This document shows positions 1-9,239 of a DNA stretch of 64,000 nucleotides, one piece after another (the first letter of the stretch is position 1; each line of letters opens with the position of its first letter). Position numbers and translations under genes: made by a program. Source of the stretch: Candidatus Krumholzibacteriia bacterium (GTDB taxonomy: Bacteria; Krumholzibacteriota; Krumholzibacteriia; LZORAL124-64-63); NCBI GenBank assembly GCA_016744705.1, contig JADGDU010000014.1, positions 22,820 through 86,819 on the forward strand, read 5' to 3'. The notes below the pieces were generated by a model, which searched no databases, had not been told where the DNA came from, and saw only the letters and a list, made by a program, of their open reading frames with translations.

Positions 1-2
1 AT

Positions 3-161
3 GGGGTGCTAAACGACGATTGCTCGGCGAATTTCTATTGCTGTGATCTTGCGCTTGGGAATTGGCTGCTCTATGGCTCTCATGTCATTGACGATTCCGA
101 CTGTGATCCGGTGAGTACGGAAAGGCACAGCTTGGGGTCGCTGAAAGCCTTATTTCGTTAA
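3..161 (+). CDS. 3' end of an upstream gene, truncated by the window edge (frame 3 is open from nt 3 to a TAA at 159-161)
   Basis: This is the only frame without stops from the window edge. It is followed about 25 nt later by the hairpin at 183-202. There is no recognisable domain in the 52 aa. Confidence 0.25.
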   Translation, partial: GVLNDDCSANFYCCDLALGNWLLYGSHVIDDSDCDPVSTERHSLGSLKALFR

Positions 162-182
162 ATCCGAGTAAGTGATCCGAAA

Positions 183-210
183 GCCCGGCGATGAGGCCGG
201 GCACAATTTA
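183..210 (+). terminator. Putative hairpin terminator (GCCCGGC, 6-nt loop, GCCGGGC) with a weak A/T tail
   Basis: Perfect 7-bp GC-rich inverted repeat read directly in the sequence, immediately upstream of the RBS of the 227 gene. Confidence 0.35.
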
Positions 211-226
211 AAGGGGAAATAGGATT

Positions 227-1267
227 TTGAAACGCATACCAGCGCCAATACTCTTGGTCGCTCTTTTAATTCTGAGTGCTTGCACCGGCGAGCCACAAGA
301 AACTGCCGACAATGCTTCGCAGCCAGCCCCGGAGAAGGCGCAAGTGGATCCGTACTTTAGGGAACCGCCAAGCGTGTCCAGTGATAAAAGCCCTCAGGTC
401 ATTACGCGCAAAATTCTGCAGGCTAGCCAAGGCGATATTTGGCTTGCGACATGGAACGGCCTCATACGCTACGATGGAACTACCTTTACTAACGTCACCA
501 TTGAAAAGGATTTGAATAGATTCCGCGCATTTTCCTTGTTGGAGGATGACCAGGAAAATATCTGGATGGGGACCATTGGGTCTGGCGTGTATCGATACGA
601 TGGAAGCACATTCACCAATCTCACCACGGCAGATGGTTTAGTCAATAATGACATAATTTCGATGATGCAGGACAGTGACAAAAACATCTGGTTTGGGACC
701 ATGGGAGTGACAAAGTACGATGGCAATACTTTCACTTCGTTCACCAAAAAAGATGGTTTTACCAACTCCGATGTGAATTCCATATCAGAGGCACCTGATG
801 GCAGCATTTGGTTTGGCACAAGAGGGGCACTGTTTCATTACGATGGCGAAACGTTTGTAAACTTCACCGAGGAACATGGCCTGAACATCACAAGCTATAT
901 TTCGACATTGGTTGATCGCAAAGGTCATTTGTGGTTCGGTGGCGAGAATGGACTTTTTCATTTCGATGGCGAAAAATTAAGGCATCCTATTCAGTTGAGT
1001 AGCTTCTACCTTTTGGAAGATTCTCAGGGCAATATTTGGTATAGTGGAAATTCGCTCCAGGGTGAGGACCCTGTCCCTGGTAAAAGTGTCCTCAACCGGT
1101 TTGATCCGGCAGCCGGCCTTGAAAACATTCTGGTGGCGAGTGAACAATTCGAAGTTGAGGACAGTGGCATGATTTTCGAACTTACTGAGGGCAAGGACGG
1201 TAGCATTTGGTTTGGCACCTTAAAGGGCGTTGGCCGGCTTGAGGGAGATACTGTTCAGTACTATTGA
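227..1267 (+). CDS. Lipoprotein with repeated two-component-regulator-propeller (Reg_prop-like) blades
   Basis: Signal peptide with a lipobox (LILSAC|TG). Six or more repeats of the form NIWFGT..G(L/V)xxYDG.TF.NFT. TTG start preceded by AAAGGGGAAATAGGA. Confidence 0.7.
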   Translation: MKRIPAPILLVALLILSACTGEPQETADNASQPAPEKAQVDPYFREPPSVSSDKSPQVITRKILQASQGDIWLATWNGLIRYDGTTFTNVTIEKDLNRFRAFSLLEDDQENIWMGTIGSGVYRYDGSTFTNLTTADGLVNNDIISMMQDSDKNIWFGTMGVTKYDGNTFTSFTKKDGFTNSDVNSISEAPDGSIWFGTRGALFHYDGETFVNFTEEHGLNITSYISTLVDRKGHLWFGGENGLFHFDGEKLRHPIQLSSFYLLEDSQGNIWYSGNSLQGEDPVPGKSVLNRFDPAAGLENILVASEQFEVEDSGMIFELTEGKDGSIWFGTLKGVGRLEGDTVQYY

Positions 1268-1302
1268 CCAGCAGGCAATCCGATGGAAGGAAAGGTGAGC
1301 AA

Positions 1303-1644
1303 ATGCCCGTGGCTAAGGAACCAATAACGGATTTGAAGAAAGCCGCATCATCATTGCCCGGTGCTGTTGAGGGGATGTCTTGCAATCAGGCCTCCTATAA
1401 GGTGAAGAAGAAGGCGTTTTTGTATGTGGGGCCTGGTGTAAAAGGAGTCGGATACAAGGCCATGTTCAAACTGAAGGCCTCCTTGTTTGAGGCCAATAAA
1501 CTAGCGATAAGTGATCCAAGGCGATACGAGATAGGATCGGGTGGCTGGGTTACCACACGGTTCACAGTCGAAGAGCCATTGCCGGAAATAATATGGAGTC
1601 GGTGGCTCCAAGAGTCATACTCGTGCGTTGTTGAGTGTGCTTAA
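1303..1644 (+). CDS. MmcQ/YjbR-family putative DNA-binding protein
   Basis: The C-terminal stretch GWVTTRF..EEPLPEIIWSRWLQESYSCVV and the internal LPGAVEG...YKVKKKAF block resemble the YjbR/MmcQ family. The start at MPVAKEP is chosen to avoid overlapping the upstream gene. Confidence 0.5.
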   Translation: MPVAKEPITDLKKAASSLPGAVEGMSCNQASYKVKKKAFLYVGPGVKGVGYKAMFKLKASLFEANKLAISDPRRYEIGSGGWVTTRFTVEEPLPEIIWSRWLQESYSCVVECA

Positions 1645-1721
1645 TGGCTGAAGCGAAAGACTGCGATCACAATAATACCCTTGACAATTTTTTCTAGATT
1701 ACGCATTCTGCGTTACACGAG

Positions 1722-2864
1722 GTGCGTATTATGTCAAATCCGTTCAAATATGGTGGAATCGTAAATAAGGGGTCCTTCTGCAATCGAAAGCAGGAGTTAA
1801 AAGATCTATCCCGGGCAATGGAGAACGGGGATCGGTTATTTCTGTATTCCGAAAGGCGCTTGGGGAAAACATCATTAGTTAAACTGGCACTTTCACGGCT
1901 CCCCAAAAAAGAATACCTGTATGCCTACGTTGACTTGTGGCCAACCGATGGGGAAGCTTCCTTTGCTGTGGCCGTTGCCAAAGCTGTGACCGAAAGCCTG
2001 GCCAGTACTGCCGACAAAATGTTGGCTGTGGGGAAAAGTTTTTTTGGTGGCTTGATCCCAACGATCACAGCAGATTCATCAGGGGACCCTCAAATAAGTT
2101 TTACCCTGCGAGGTGATGGAAAGAATGCTCCTGAACTGTTGGATGTTCTAAAGGCGCCTGGGGAAATTGCAAAGCGTCGAAATCGAAAAGTTGTCATGGT
2201 CTTTGATGAGTTCCAGCGGATTTTGGAATATGGATCAGACAAAACAGAGCGAACCCTGAGAAGCGCCATTCAAGACCAGGAAAATGTTTCTTTTGTTTTT
2301 CTTGGCAGCCGCAAACACCTCATTCAAAAAATGTTTCTGGACCAAAACCGACCCTTGTATCGGGCCGGTGGACATTACCCTCTAGGTCCCATCGAAACAC
2401 GGGCTTGGCTTCCCTTTATCAAGTCCCGATTCAACAAAACAGGCAAGACCATAAATTCGGACATCATCACCCGTTTGTGTGAAATATCAGGGGGGCATCC
2501 CTTTTATACGCAGCACTTATGCCATGCGGTGTGGGAGATATGCGAACCAGGAGCCGAGGTCACTGGCGAAACCCTTGATGAGGCCATCAGTTTATTGCTG
2601 GAACGCGAGAGTTATGCGTATACTGGGTTGTGGGAGTCATTTGCGGTAAACCAGAGACGGTTTTTATCAGGTCTTGTTCAGGAGACCAGCGGAGCGCAGG
2701 TTTTTGGCGGGGCGTTTGTTCAAAAAAACAATCTCAATTCAGCTTCTTCAGTGCAGAGGGTTGTAGAAAATCTCCTCGACCGGGACGTTATCGACCGTGA
2801 AGACGGATCCTTTTTTATTGCAGATCGATTCTTTCAATTATGGGTGAAAAAGCGTGTCCTTTAA
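1722..2864 (+). CDS. AAA-family ATPase (archaeal ATPase_2 / DUF234 type)
   Basis: The N-terminus FLYSERRLGKTSLV is P-loop-like. A Walker-B-like VVMVFDEFQRI follows. Length about 380 aa. Confidence 0.8.
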   Translation: MRIMSNPFKYGGIVNKGSFCNRKQELKDLSRAMENGDRLFLYSERRLGKTSLVKLALSRLPKKEYLYAYVDLWPTDGEASFAVAVAKAVTESLASTADKMLAVGKSFFGGLIPTITADSSGDPQISFTLRGDGKNAPELLDVLKAPGEIAKRRNRKVVMVFDEFQRILEYGSDKTERTLRSAIQDQENVSFVFLGSRKHLIQKMFLDQNRPLYRAGGHYPLGPIETRAWLPFIKSRFNKTGKTINSDIITRLCEISGGHPFYTQHLCHAVWEICEPGAEVTGETLDEAISLLLERESYAYTGLWESFAVNQRRFLSGLVQETSGAQVFGGAFVQKNNLNSASSVQRVVENLLDRDVIDREDGSFFIADRFFQLWVKKRVL

Positions 2865-2896
2865 CTCCAAATCTCGATTTGGAAGGGAAATAATTA

Positions 2897-3559
2897 ATGA
2901 GCAAAATCATAAATTTTGGTGAAACTGTTGAGGGATTTGACATCCCTGTTTTGAATGAGCGAGAGATTAGAGCAGGGGCAGGCATACTCTTCGTCCTTAT
3001 GTTCGTGGCGATTATGATCACCATACTTAAGGGTGATTTCACGCTTCTGAAATACGCGGTGACGATTTTCTTGACCGACATTTCCATTCGTGTCCTGATC
3101 AATCCCCGATTCGCGCCTTCGCTGATTTTGGGTCGCTGGATCGTTCGAAACCAGACGCCGGAATACGTTGGCGCTGCACAGAAAAAGTTCGCATGGATCA
3201 TCGGGATTGTCCTGGCAGTGGTCATGTTTGCCTTGCAGGTTGTTGTCAATTCCTTCAGCCCCATCACCGGTCTCATTTGCATGATCTGCCTCATTTTTCT
3301 CTTCTTTGAATCCTCTTTCGGAATATGCATTGGCTGCAAGGCCTACTCGCTAATCTACAAAGAGAAGGCGCAATATTGCCCTGGCGAAGTTTGTGATGTG
3401 AAAGAGAAGCATGAGATCCAGAAGAGCTCACCGGCCCAATTGGTCATCGTCCTAGGTTTCGCCGCCTACATTGTTTTTGTGGCCTTCATGTTCGACGATA
3501 ATTTCAAACAGCCTCCATATGATTTGTTTGGCTTAACGACCGAGGTTCATGGGGATTAG
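2897..3559 (+). CDS. Integral membrane protein, DUF4395-like
   Basis: Four to five predicted TM helices. The N-terminal FGETVEGFDIPVLNEREIRAGAGILF block is remembered as DUF4395-like. A CIGCKAY pair is also present. Confidence 0.45.
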   Translation: MSKIINFGETVEGFDIPVLNEREIRAGAGILFVLMFVAIMITILKGDFTLLKYAVTIFLTDISIRVLINPRFAPSLILGRWIVRNQTPEYVGAAQKKFAWIIGIVLAVVMFALQVVVNSFSPITGLICMICLIFLFFESSFGICIGCKAYSLIYKEKAQYCPGEVCDVKEKHEIQKSSPAQLVIVLGFAAYIVFVAFMFDDNFKQPPYDLFGLTTEVHGD

Positions 3560-3603
3560 AAGTCGTCAATTTACTAAATGATTGACTGAGGAAGGATGAG
3601 GCT

Positions 3604-4164
3604 TTGCCCTACCAGGAAACCGGACGTTTTGGGCGCATCACCAAGCATTTACGGAAGCTGGGTTTTGAAACTGAGATGGAGCCCATCCTTCATGATTCCG
3701 GCGGGTTCAATAAGCTAAAAAAAGCCGACCAAACGAAGTATGTTGAAGTTGTGGTGGATAGAATGGTAAAGCACGTTGGACTGGAGAATACAGAACGTGT
3801 TTTGTACGAATGCGGTGCTCAATGTTGCGGTAAATCCTGGTCTCAGTTCGCCAAGCGTATTTGGGAAGACTCGGTCTCAATGGAAGAGTTTGTCGAAAAG
3901 CTCAACAAGGAAGAGGAAAAATACAACACGCATATTGAACATTGTGTGTCTGATAACACCCTTGTCGTCGAACGATCGAAATGCATATGTGGCATGATCA
4001 ACAAGGGCCTGCCCTTTGAATCGAGTGGAGACTTTTGCTCATGTAGCATTGGTCATATGGCGGCCTTCTTTGGCGCCGTATTGCCAGTCAGCAGGGTTGA
4101 GCTGGAGGAAACGATATCCGTTGGTGATGACAGGTGCAGGTGGAAGGTTTTTTTACAGGTGTGA
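3604..4164 (+). CDS. Hypothetical cysteine-rich cytoplasmic protein
   Basis: 186-aa ORF with a TTG start after GAGGAAGGA. It has at least 10 Cys (CGAQCCGKSW, CICGM, CSCSIGH) and no recognised family. Confidence 0.45.
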   Translation: MPYQETGRFGRITKHLRKLGFETEMEPILHDSGGFNKLKKADQTKYVEVVVDRMVKHVGLENTERVLYECGAQCCGKSWSQFAKRIWEDSVSMEEFVEKLNKEEEKYNTHIEHCVSDNTLVVERSKCICGMINKGLPFESSGDFCSCSIGHMAAFFGAVLPVSRVELEETISVGDDRCRWKVFLQV

Positions 4165-4173
4165 AAGGTTCAT

Positions 4174-4560
4174 ATGAAACGCGTTACGGGTATCGGCGGT
4201 ATTTTTTTCAAGGCAAAGGATGCACCTGCGCTGCAGGCCTGGTACAAACGTCATCTTGGCATCGATGTTCAGGATTGGGGCGGCGCGGCGTTCACCTGGA
4301 CCGACTCTGATGGCAAGCCCACTGGGGGCAGCACCATCTGGTCTGTTGGTTCGCTGGAGAGCGAGCAGTTCGCTCCCAGCCAATCTTCTTTTATGATCAA
4401 CTACCGGGTTGAGGACCTTCACGCGCTGGTTGCAGTGCTCAAAGCGGAAGGCTGTAATGTCCTCGACAAGATTGACGATTCGGAGTACGGCAAGTTTGCC
4501 TGGGTCATCGACCCTGAGGGAAACAAAGTCGAATTGTGGCAACCACCGGTTGGTCAATGA
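4174..4560 (+). CDS. VOC (glyoxalase/bleomycin-resistance-fold) family protein
   Basis: 128 aa. The GIGGIFFKAKD...LGIDV and WVIDPEGNKVELWQP blocks are typical of VOC/glyoxalase-like proteins. Confidence 0.8.
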   Translation: MKRVTGIGGIFFKAKDAPALQAWYKRHLGIDVQDWGGAAFTWTDSDGKPTGGSTIWSVGSLESEQFAPSQSSFMINYRVEDLHALVAVLKAEGCNVLDKIDDSEYGKFAWVIDPEGNKVELWQPPVGQ

Positions 4561-4679
4561 GCATGACAAACAAGGTTTTGAATTTATTACCCAAGGGTAG
4601 TTGTATACCCTATACTCAAATGGGGTAGTGTCGAATACTGGAGCGCCATTCTATTATCAAACTTATTGGAGTTGGGAAA

Positions 4680-5804
4680 ATGACCTCCAAAAGATTCACC
4701 CAGCCTTTGAATAAATTGTTATTTACCGTTTTTTTGGTCACCGTTTTGACGGTTACTGGCTGTTCCGAAAAAGATGAACCCAATGATATCACCGGACCTG
4801 CAGCGACGTTATCCGGATGGCATGAGCACGAGTCTTTCATTTATTCGAATAAAATCCTACTTTCCGCCCATGTGTCTGGTGAGATGTTATTAATGCCTGG
4901 GTGGTCTACATTTAATACAATCACACGCTCTGGGGAAGTGGAGCACTTCTCTAACGGGGGCGCGGGTGACCCGAATTACCCAATCCGGCCTTCGGATAAC
5001 CTCCATGTTTTGGTTGGCCCCATGGCTATAAAAGTCCGGCCCAATGCTAATCCTGTGTACAATGTTTCCGGCTTGTGGGTCTCAAACTCAGACCTGGTTC
5101 CGGAATTCATGAGCTGGGAAACGGGCCTTGGCGAAACAGGCTGTTTCAACGATTCCGACCAACTGCTGATGACTGCTCATTATCTCAATGATTCCGGTAG
5201 TTATAGAACAGGATTTTCCCTTCTGAACCTGGGAGTGGAATCCAATACCAGCGGAATTGATAATGTGGTGATGATTGGAAACCAATTCATTGAGTTGCCA
5301 GAGCCTAATGCTTATTTGCCATTTAGGGCCATGACGCCTCTTGGTGATGGGTTTCTATTCAGTACTGACGGGCATATTTGGAAGCTGAGTCATGATGGAA
5401 CTCTTGATTCGGTCCACGACCAATCGGCCTACAGTCTCTTTGTCGATGGTGATCGGTGTTATGGTATTAGCGATACGCACCGAGTTTTGCAATCGTTGGA
5501 CGAAGGTTCTACCTGGCAAGAGGTCGGCTCCATAAGCCACTCTACGGTCAGCATAGAAAAAATTGGACAGCAAACGGTGATCTATCTGGCTGATCGTATT
5601 TATCAGGTGGATTTTGAAACCTTTGAATTTACAGAGTTGGAGGCAGAGAATCTGGACGGCAACCAAATCACTTCAATTGTGGAATTCGAGGATGAGGTTT
5701 GGGTTACCACTCTGAGTGGTTTGTTTCACCGCTCAATCGAAACTTTCTTTTCTGAGGCGGCGGACCAAAACAAGGCTGAACGTTTGATTCTGGAACGTAA
5801 ATAA
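4680..5804 (+). CDS. Hypothetical lipoprotein
   Basis: Signal peptide with a lipobox (LTVTGC|SEKD). No recognised domain. Confidence 0.55.
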   Translation: MTSKRFTQPLNKLLFTVFLVTVLTVTGCSEKDEPNDITGPAATLSGWHEHESFIYSNKILLSAHVSGEMLLMPGWSTFNTITRSGEVEHFSNGGAGDPNYPIRPSDNLHVLVGPMAIKVRPNANPVYNVSGLWVSNSDLVPEFMSWETGLGETGCFNDSDQLLMTAHYLNDSGSYRTGFSLLNLGVESNTSGIDNVVMIGNQFIELPEPNAYLPFRAMTPLGDGFLFSTDGHIWKLSHDGTLDSVHDQSAYSLFVDGDRCYGISDTHRVLQSLDEGSTWQEVGSISHSTVSIEKIGQQTVIYLADRIYQVDFETFEFTELEAENLDGNQITSIVEFEDEVWVTTLSGLFHRSIETFFSEAADQNKAERLILERK

Positions 5805-5823
5805 AGGGAAAAAACAGGGAAAG

Positions 5824-6477
5824 GTGCACTGCATGAAAAAGTTGTCCCGATTCTTAATAATGGCAAGCATGGTGACGACTGTGCTGGGGTGTTCCCCCCA
5901 TATTGCCAATTACACTGTTGAGTTAACTGAAGTTATGATTCTCAATGAATCTACCACTCGGTTTGCTGAGGTCATTATTGGGGAATCGAAAATGGGGTGC
6001 GAAAACGACCTCTTCTTTATTGAATGGGACCTTGATTGGAGCGGAGCCGGTTTTATTCTGGAAAACAGGTCGGAGCAAAGTCTTTCCATTGTTTGGGATC
6101 AATGTGTCTTTGTTGATCCAGAGGGATATTGCCACGATGTGCTAACTTCGGATAATAACTATATAGGCAAAAAAGGACTCAAAAAGTCGTCGAAAGTTAC
6201 TCCTAAAAAAAGAATATCCAAAAGAATATTACCAGAAGAATTGGTGACATTTGAAACCAATGTTGGTTGGGTGGAAACCCCCTATGTTCCCAAATCGTCC
6301 CATGGGAATTATTCACACTTTTCCCAGAGAGTGTCAGCATATAAGGGAAAAGATATAAGTATTTTGCTGGCTGTTGAGCAGGACTCCCAAATTTACGAGT
6401 ATACGTTTGTCTTTGAAATTATTGGTACAGAGGTTTTCCGTGGATATTCAGGAAGCGCTGAAGGGGGAATGAGGTAG
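5824..6477 (+). CDS. Hypothetical lipoprotein
   Basis: Signal peptide with a lipobox (TTVLGC|SPH). No recognised domain. Confidence 0.5.
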   Translation: MHCMKKLSRFLIMASMVTTVLGCSPHIANYTVELTEVMILNESTTRFAEVIIGESKMGCENDLFFIEWDLDWSGAGFILENRSEQSLSIVWDQCVFVDPEGYCHDVLTSDNNYIGKKGLKKSSKVTPKKRISKRILPEELVTFETNVGWVETPYVPKSSHGNYSHFSQRVSAYKGKDISILLAVEQDSQIYEYTFVFEIIGTEVFRGYSGSAEGGMR

Positions 6478-6543
6478 ACTTGACCTCACAACCAAAATTT
6501 ATTGACTCAGGAAGACCCCCTTGAACCCACGCCCGGAGAAATA

Positions 6544-7290
6544 ATGAAGCTTCTGAAGTTAGCCAAAGAGAACATAGTGGATGAACACATTTGCTGTGCC
6601 ATAAGTGACAAAAAGTGCCGCGATGGCTATCAAATGAAAAAAGACTGGCTTACGGCAGAATTTAAGGGAGGGTATACCTTCCAAAAAATGGATGTTCGAG
6701 GCAAGGTCTTCATCGAATATGTCCCGATCGAGAACTCCTGGCTTCCTTTAAAAGGGAAGAATTTCATGGTTATCAACTGCTTCTGGGTCTCCGGTCAGTT
6801 CAAAGGCAAAGGCAGCGGAAAAGAACTATTCCAGGAATGTTTGGAAGATACGAAAAGCATGGATGGGATTGTCGCCATTTCCAGTGATAAAAAACGCCCA
6901 TTCATGAGCGACCCAAAATTTTTAAAGCACCTGGGTTTTGAAATTGTCGATGAAGCGCCTCCCTTTTTCAAATTATGGGGGCTAAAAACCAATCCCAAAG
7001 CCACTTTTCCTACGATTATGGCCAATGCAAAATCAGGAACTTGCCCTGATGATAAAGGGATTACTGCATATTACTCAAATACTTGCCCTTTTACGGAATA
7101 TTACACAAATGATTTGCTCCGAGAGTATGCCAAAAGCAAAGGTGTTCCCCTTACTATTCACCACATTAAGAGCCAAAAGCAAGGTCATAAAATGCCTATT
7201 CCCTGGATCATCAACAGTGTGTTTTATAAGGGAGAGTTGGTAACTCTAGAACTAAAAGCGCAGAGGCATTTGGACAAAATAATCACTTGA
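6544..7290 (+). CDS. GNAT N-acetyltransferase with a YoaP-like C-terminal domain
   Basis: ATG at 6544 after GGAGAAATA. The N-terminus MKLLKLAKENI..HICC is followed by a GNAT core (FWVSGQFKGKGSGKELF) and a YoaP-like tail (TCPFTEYY...FYKGELVT). Confidence 0.65.
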   Translation: MKLLKLAKENIVDEHICCAISDKKCRDGYQMKKDWLTAEFKGGYTFQKMDVRGKVFIEYVPIENSWLPLKGKNFMVINCFWVSGQFKGKGSGKELFQECLEDTKSMDGIVAISSDKKRPFMSDPKFLKHLGFEIVDEAPPFFKLWGLKTNPKATFPTIMANAKSGTCPDDKGITAYYSNTCPFTEYYTNDLLREYAKSKGVPLTIHHIKSQKQGHKMPIPWIINSVFYKGELVTLELKAQRHLDKIIT

Positions 7291-7366
7291 GGTGAAAACA
7301 GTCGCCTCAACCTGACCGCCAACCGGCTTCGTTTTATCCAATCAGGTATTTAAGAAAGAATAGAAT

Positions 7367-7984
7367 GTGAATAGAAATAGCTTTGCACTTGCTGTGTTAA
7401 TGATTCTTGCGGTGGCTATTAATGTAGCCGGACAAACGCCTGCTGAATCCGAGGACCTTGTTCGCGCGGCCATCGAACGGACAACACACGAAGTCAGATA
7501 CGACGGAAGTTATCGCCGGTTGGACTATCCAGGTGGCGATGTTCCTGACCATTTGGGAGTATGCACCGATGTTGTGATACGGGCGTACCGGGTTATTGGT
7601 GTGGACTTACAACGCCTGGTACACGAAGACATGGTTGCCAATTTCCAGAGTTACCCACAACTGTGGGGACTGCAAAAACCAGACTCTAATATTGATCACC
7701 GGCGAGTTCCTAACCTGCAGAGATTCCTGAGTAGACAGGGTGCAGAGTTACCTGCATCTGATCTGGCGATCGATTATCAGGAGGGGGATTTGGTGACATG
7801 GATGTTAGCAGGAAACCTCCCGCATATCGGCATTGTAATAGACCAGCGATCGAGTGATGGAATGCGCCTACTGGTGGTTCACAATGTCGGTGCTGGTCCA
7901 AAGATGGAAGACGCACTTTTCCGGTATCAGGTAACGGGACATTATCGTTATTTGGGTCCGGGACAGAGTGTAGAGGCTGACTAA
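7367..7984 (+). CDS. DUF1287 domain-containing secreted protein
   Basis: Signal peptide. The YDGSYRRLDYPGGDVPDHLGVCTDVVIRAYR block is the DUF1287 signature. Confidence 0.75.
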   Translation: MNRNSFALAVLMILAVAINVAGQTPAESEDLVRAAIERTTHEVRYDGSYRRLDYPGGDVPDHLGVCTDVVIRAYRVIGVDLQRLVHEDMVANFQSYPQLWGLQKPDSNIDHRRVPNLQRFLSRQGAELPASDLAIDYQEGDLVTWMLAGNLPHIGIVIDQRSSDGMRLLVVHNVGAGPKMEDALFRYQVTGHYRYLGPGQSVEAD

Positions 7985-8120
7985 AGCAGGCAGCTGACGA
8001 AGTTAAATGTAAAATCTAAAAAGGAGCAACCCCTTGAATTTGGCATGGCCCTCTGTCATACTCAATGCAGGCGTCAACCACGCCAAAAGACTGATAAACT
8101 AAGTATAGGGAGGAGCCACC

Positions 8121-9161
8121 ATGAGGATCCTATCCATCACGCTTCTGATCCTGGTCATTGCTCTTGAGGCACCTGCGGGTGACTTGGGGAATCGCGCATC
8201 ACAAAAGCCAACCGCCGCACCCACCCCCTTGCCAACACCTCTGCTCGAAATTCTCCGACAGGGCGGCGATACCATTGCCGATGCCACACCCATTGTGGTA
8301 AATACCCTTGATCTTGCAGGCAGCACCACGGGCTACACAGATGACTACGATGTGGCGTGTCCCTACTGGGAGGGGCCTCCCGCTCCTGATGTGGTCTATT
8401 CGCTGCTCTCTGAGAGCGACCAGCTCGTTGATGTGGACATGTTCGGGTCCCAGTTCGATACCAAAATCTGGGTGTGGGACGAAAGCCTCTCCTGGCCCAT
8501 CGCCTGCAACGACGATTATTATGAAGATTACACCTCCCGGATTAAGAACATGGCCCTATCCGCAGGCGAACTTTATTACATTGTCGTTGATGGGTATGGT
8601 GAGCATGGTGGGTACCTCATTGATGTGGTGCCGAGCGACAATTGCAATATTGATTGCCCCGCCGGTGCAGCAATTGAAGGCGAACCTTCGCTTCAGGCTG
8701 ACTACGTCGACTTGCACAATGGAGGCTGCAACACAGACGGAGTCGATCCCCCGTTACAGGAGATCAACAGCACAACATTTTGTGGAGTGAGTGGCTGGTA
8801 CCTCAACGGTGGAGACCTGTATCGCGACACGGATTGGCTGACCATCCCAATCCCTTCCGGTGGAATACTGGAAGTAACGCTAGAGGCGAAGGCGGATACC
8901 CGGCTGCTCGAAATTGGTCCCCAGGAGTGCGGTGCGGTGGACATTTTGCAGGAAGTGACCAGTGTGGATTGTGAAACCCCAACTCTCACCGTGGCCGGAG
9001 AAGCCGGCACCACTGTGTGGTTGTGGGTTGGGCCGGCCGGTTATTATCCCAGTAATATGCCCTTTGATGCTTTCGAATACGACTATGTCCTAACAACCAA
9101 TCTGGGGACAGTGGCTACCGATGAGCAAACCTGGTCGGGAGTGAAGGCCATGTACCGTTGA
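8121..9161 (+). CDS. Secreted protein with two pre-peptidase-C-terminal (PPC)-like domains and a C-terminal ...TDEQTWSGVKAMYR tail
   Basis: Signal peptide (LEAPAG). PPC-like signature DTKIWVWDE..IACNDDYY..GELYYIVVDGYG..GGYLIDV. The protein ends KAMYR. Confidence 0.75.
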   Translation: MRILSITLLILVIALEAPAGDLGNRASQKPTAAPTPLPTPLLEILRQGGDTIADATPIVVNTLDLAGSTTGYTDDYDVACPYWEGPPAPDVVYSLLSESDQLVDVDMFGSQFDTKIWVWDESLSWPIACNDDYYEDYTSRIKNMALSAGELYYIVVDGYGEHGGYLIDVVPSDNCNIDCPAGAAIEGEPSLQADYVDLHNGGCNTDGVDPPLQEINSTTFCGVSGWYLNGGDLYRDTDWLTIPIPSGGILEVTLEAKADTRLLEIGPQECGAVDILQEVTSVDCETPTLTVAGEAGTTVWLWVGPAGYYPSNMPFDAFEYDYVLTTNLGTVATDEQTWSGVKAMYR

Positions 9162-9239
9162 TCTGTGGTTTGCGATTCATCCACTGCTTGGGTAAAGCTA
9201 ACTGGCCCCCAAAAAACTAACCAACAGAAATGGTCCCCA

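Noticed and set aside
8308-8790. 160-aa forward-strand ORF in an alternative frame inside the PPC-protein gene
   Set aside because: The composition is proline- and arginine-rich. It sits inside a gene whose primary frame carries the signal peptide, PPC motifs and conserved tail.
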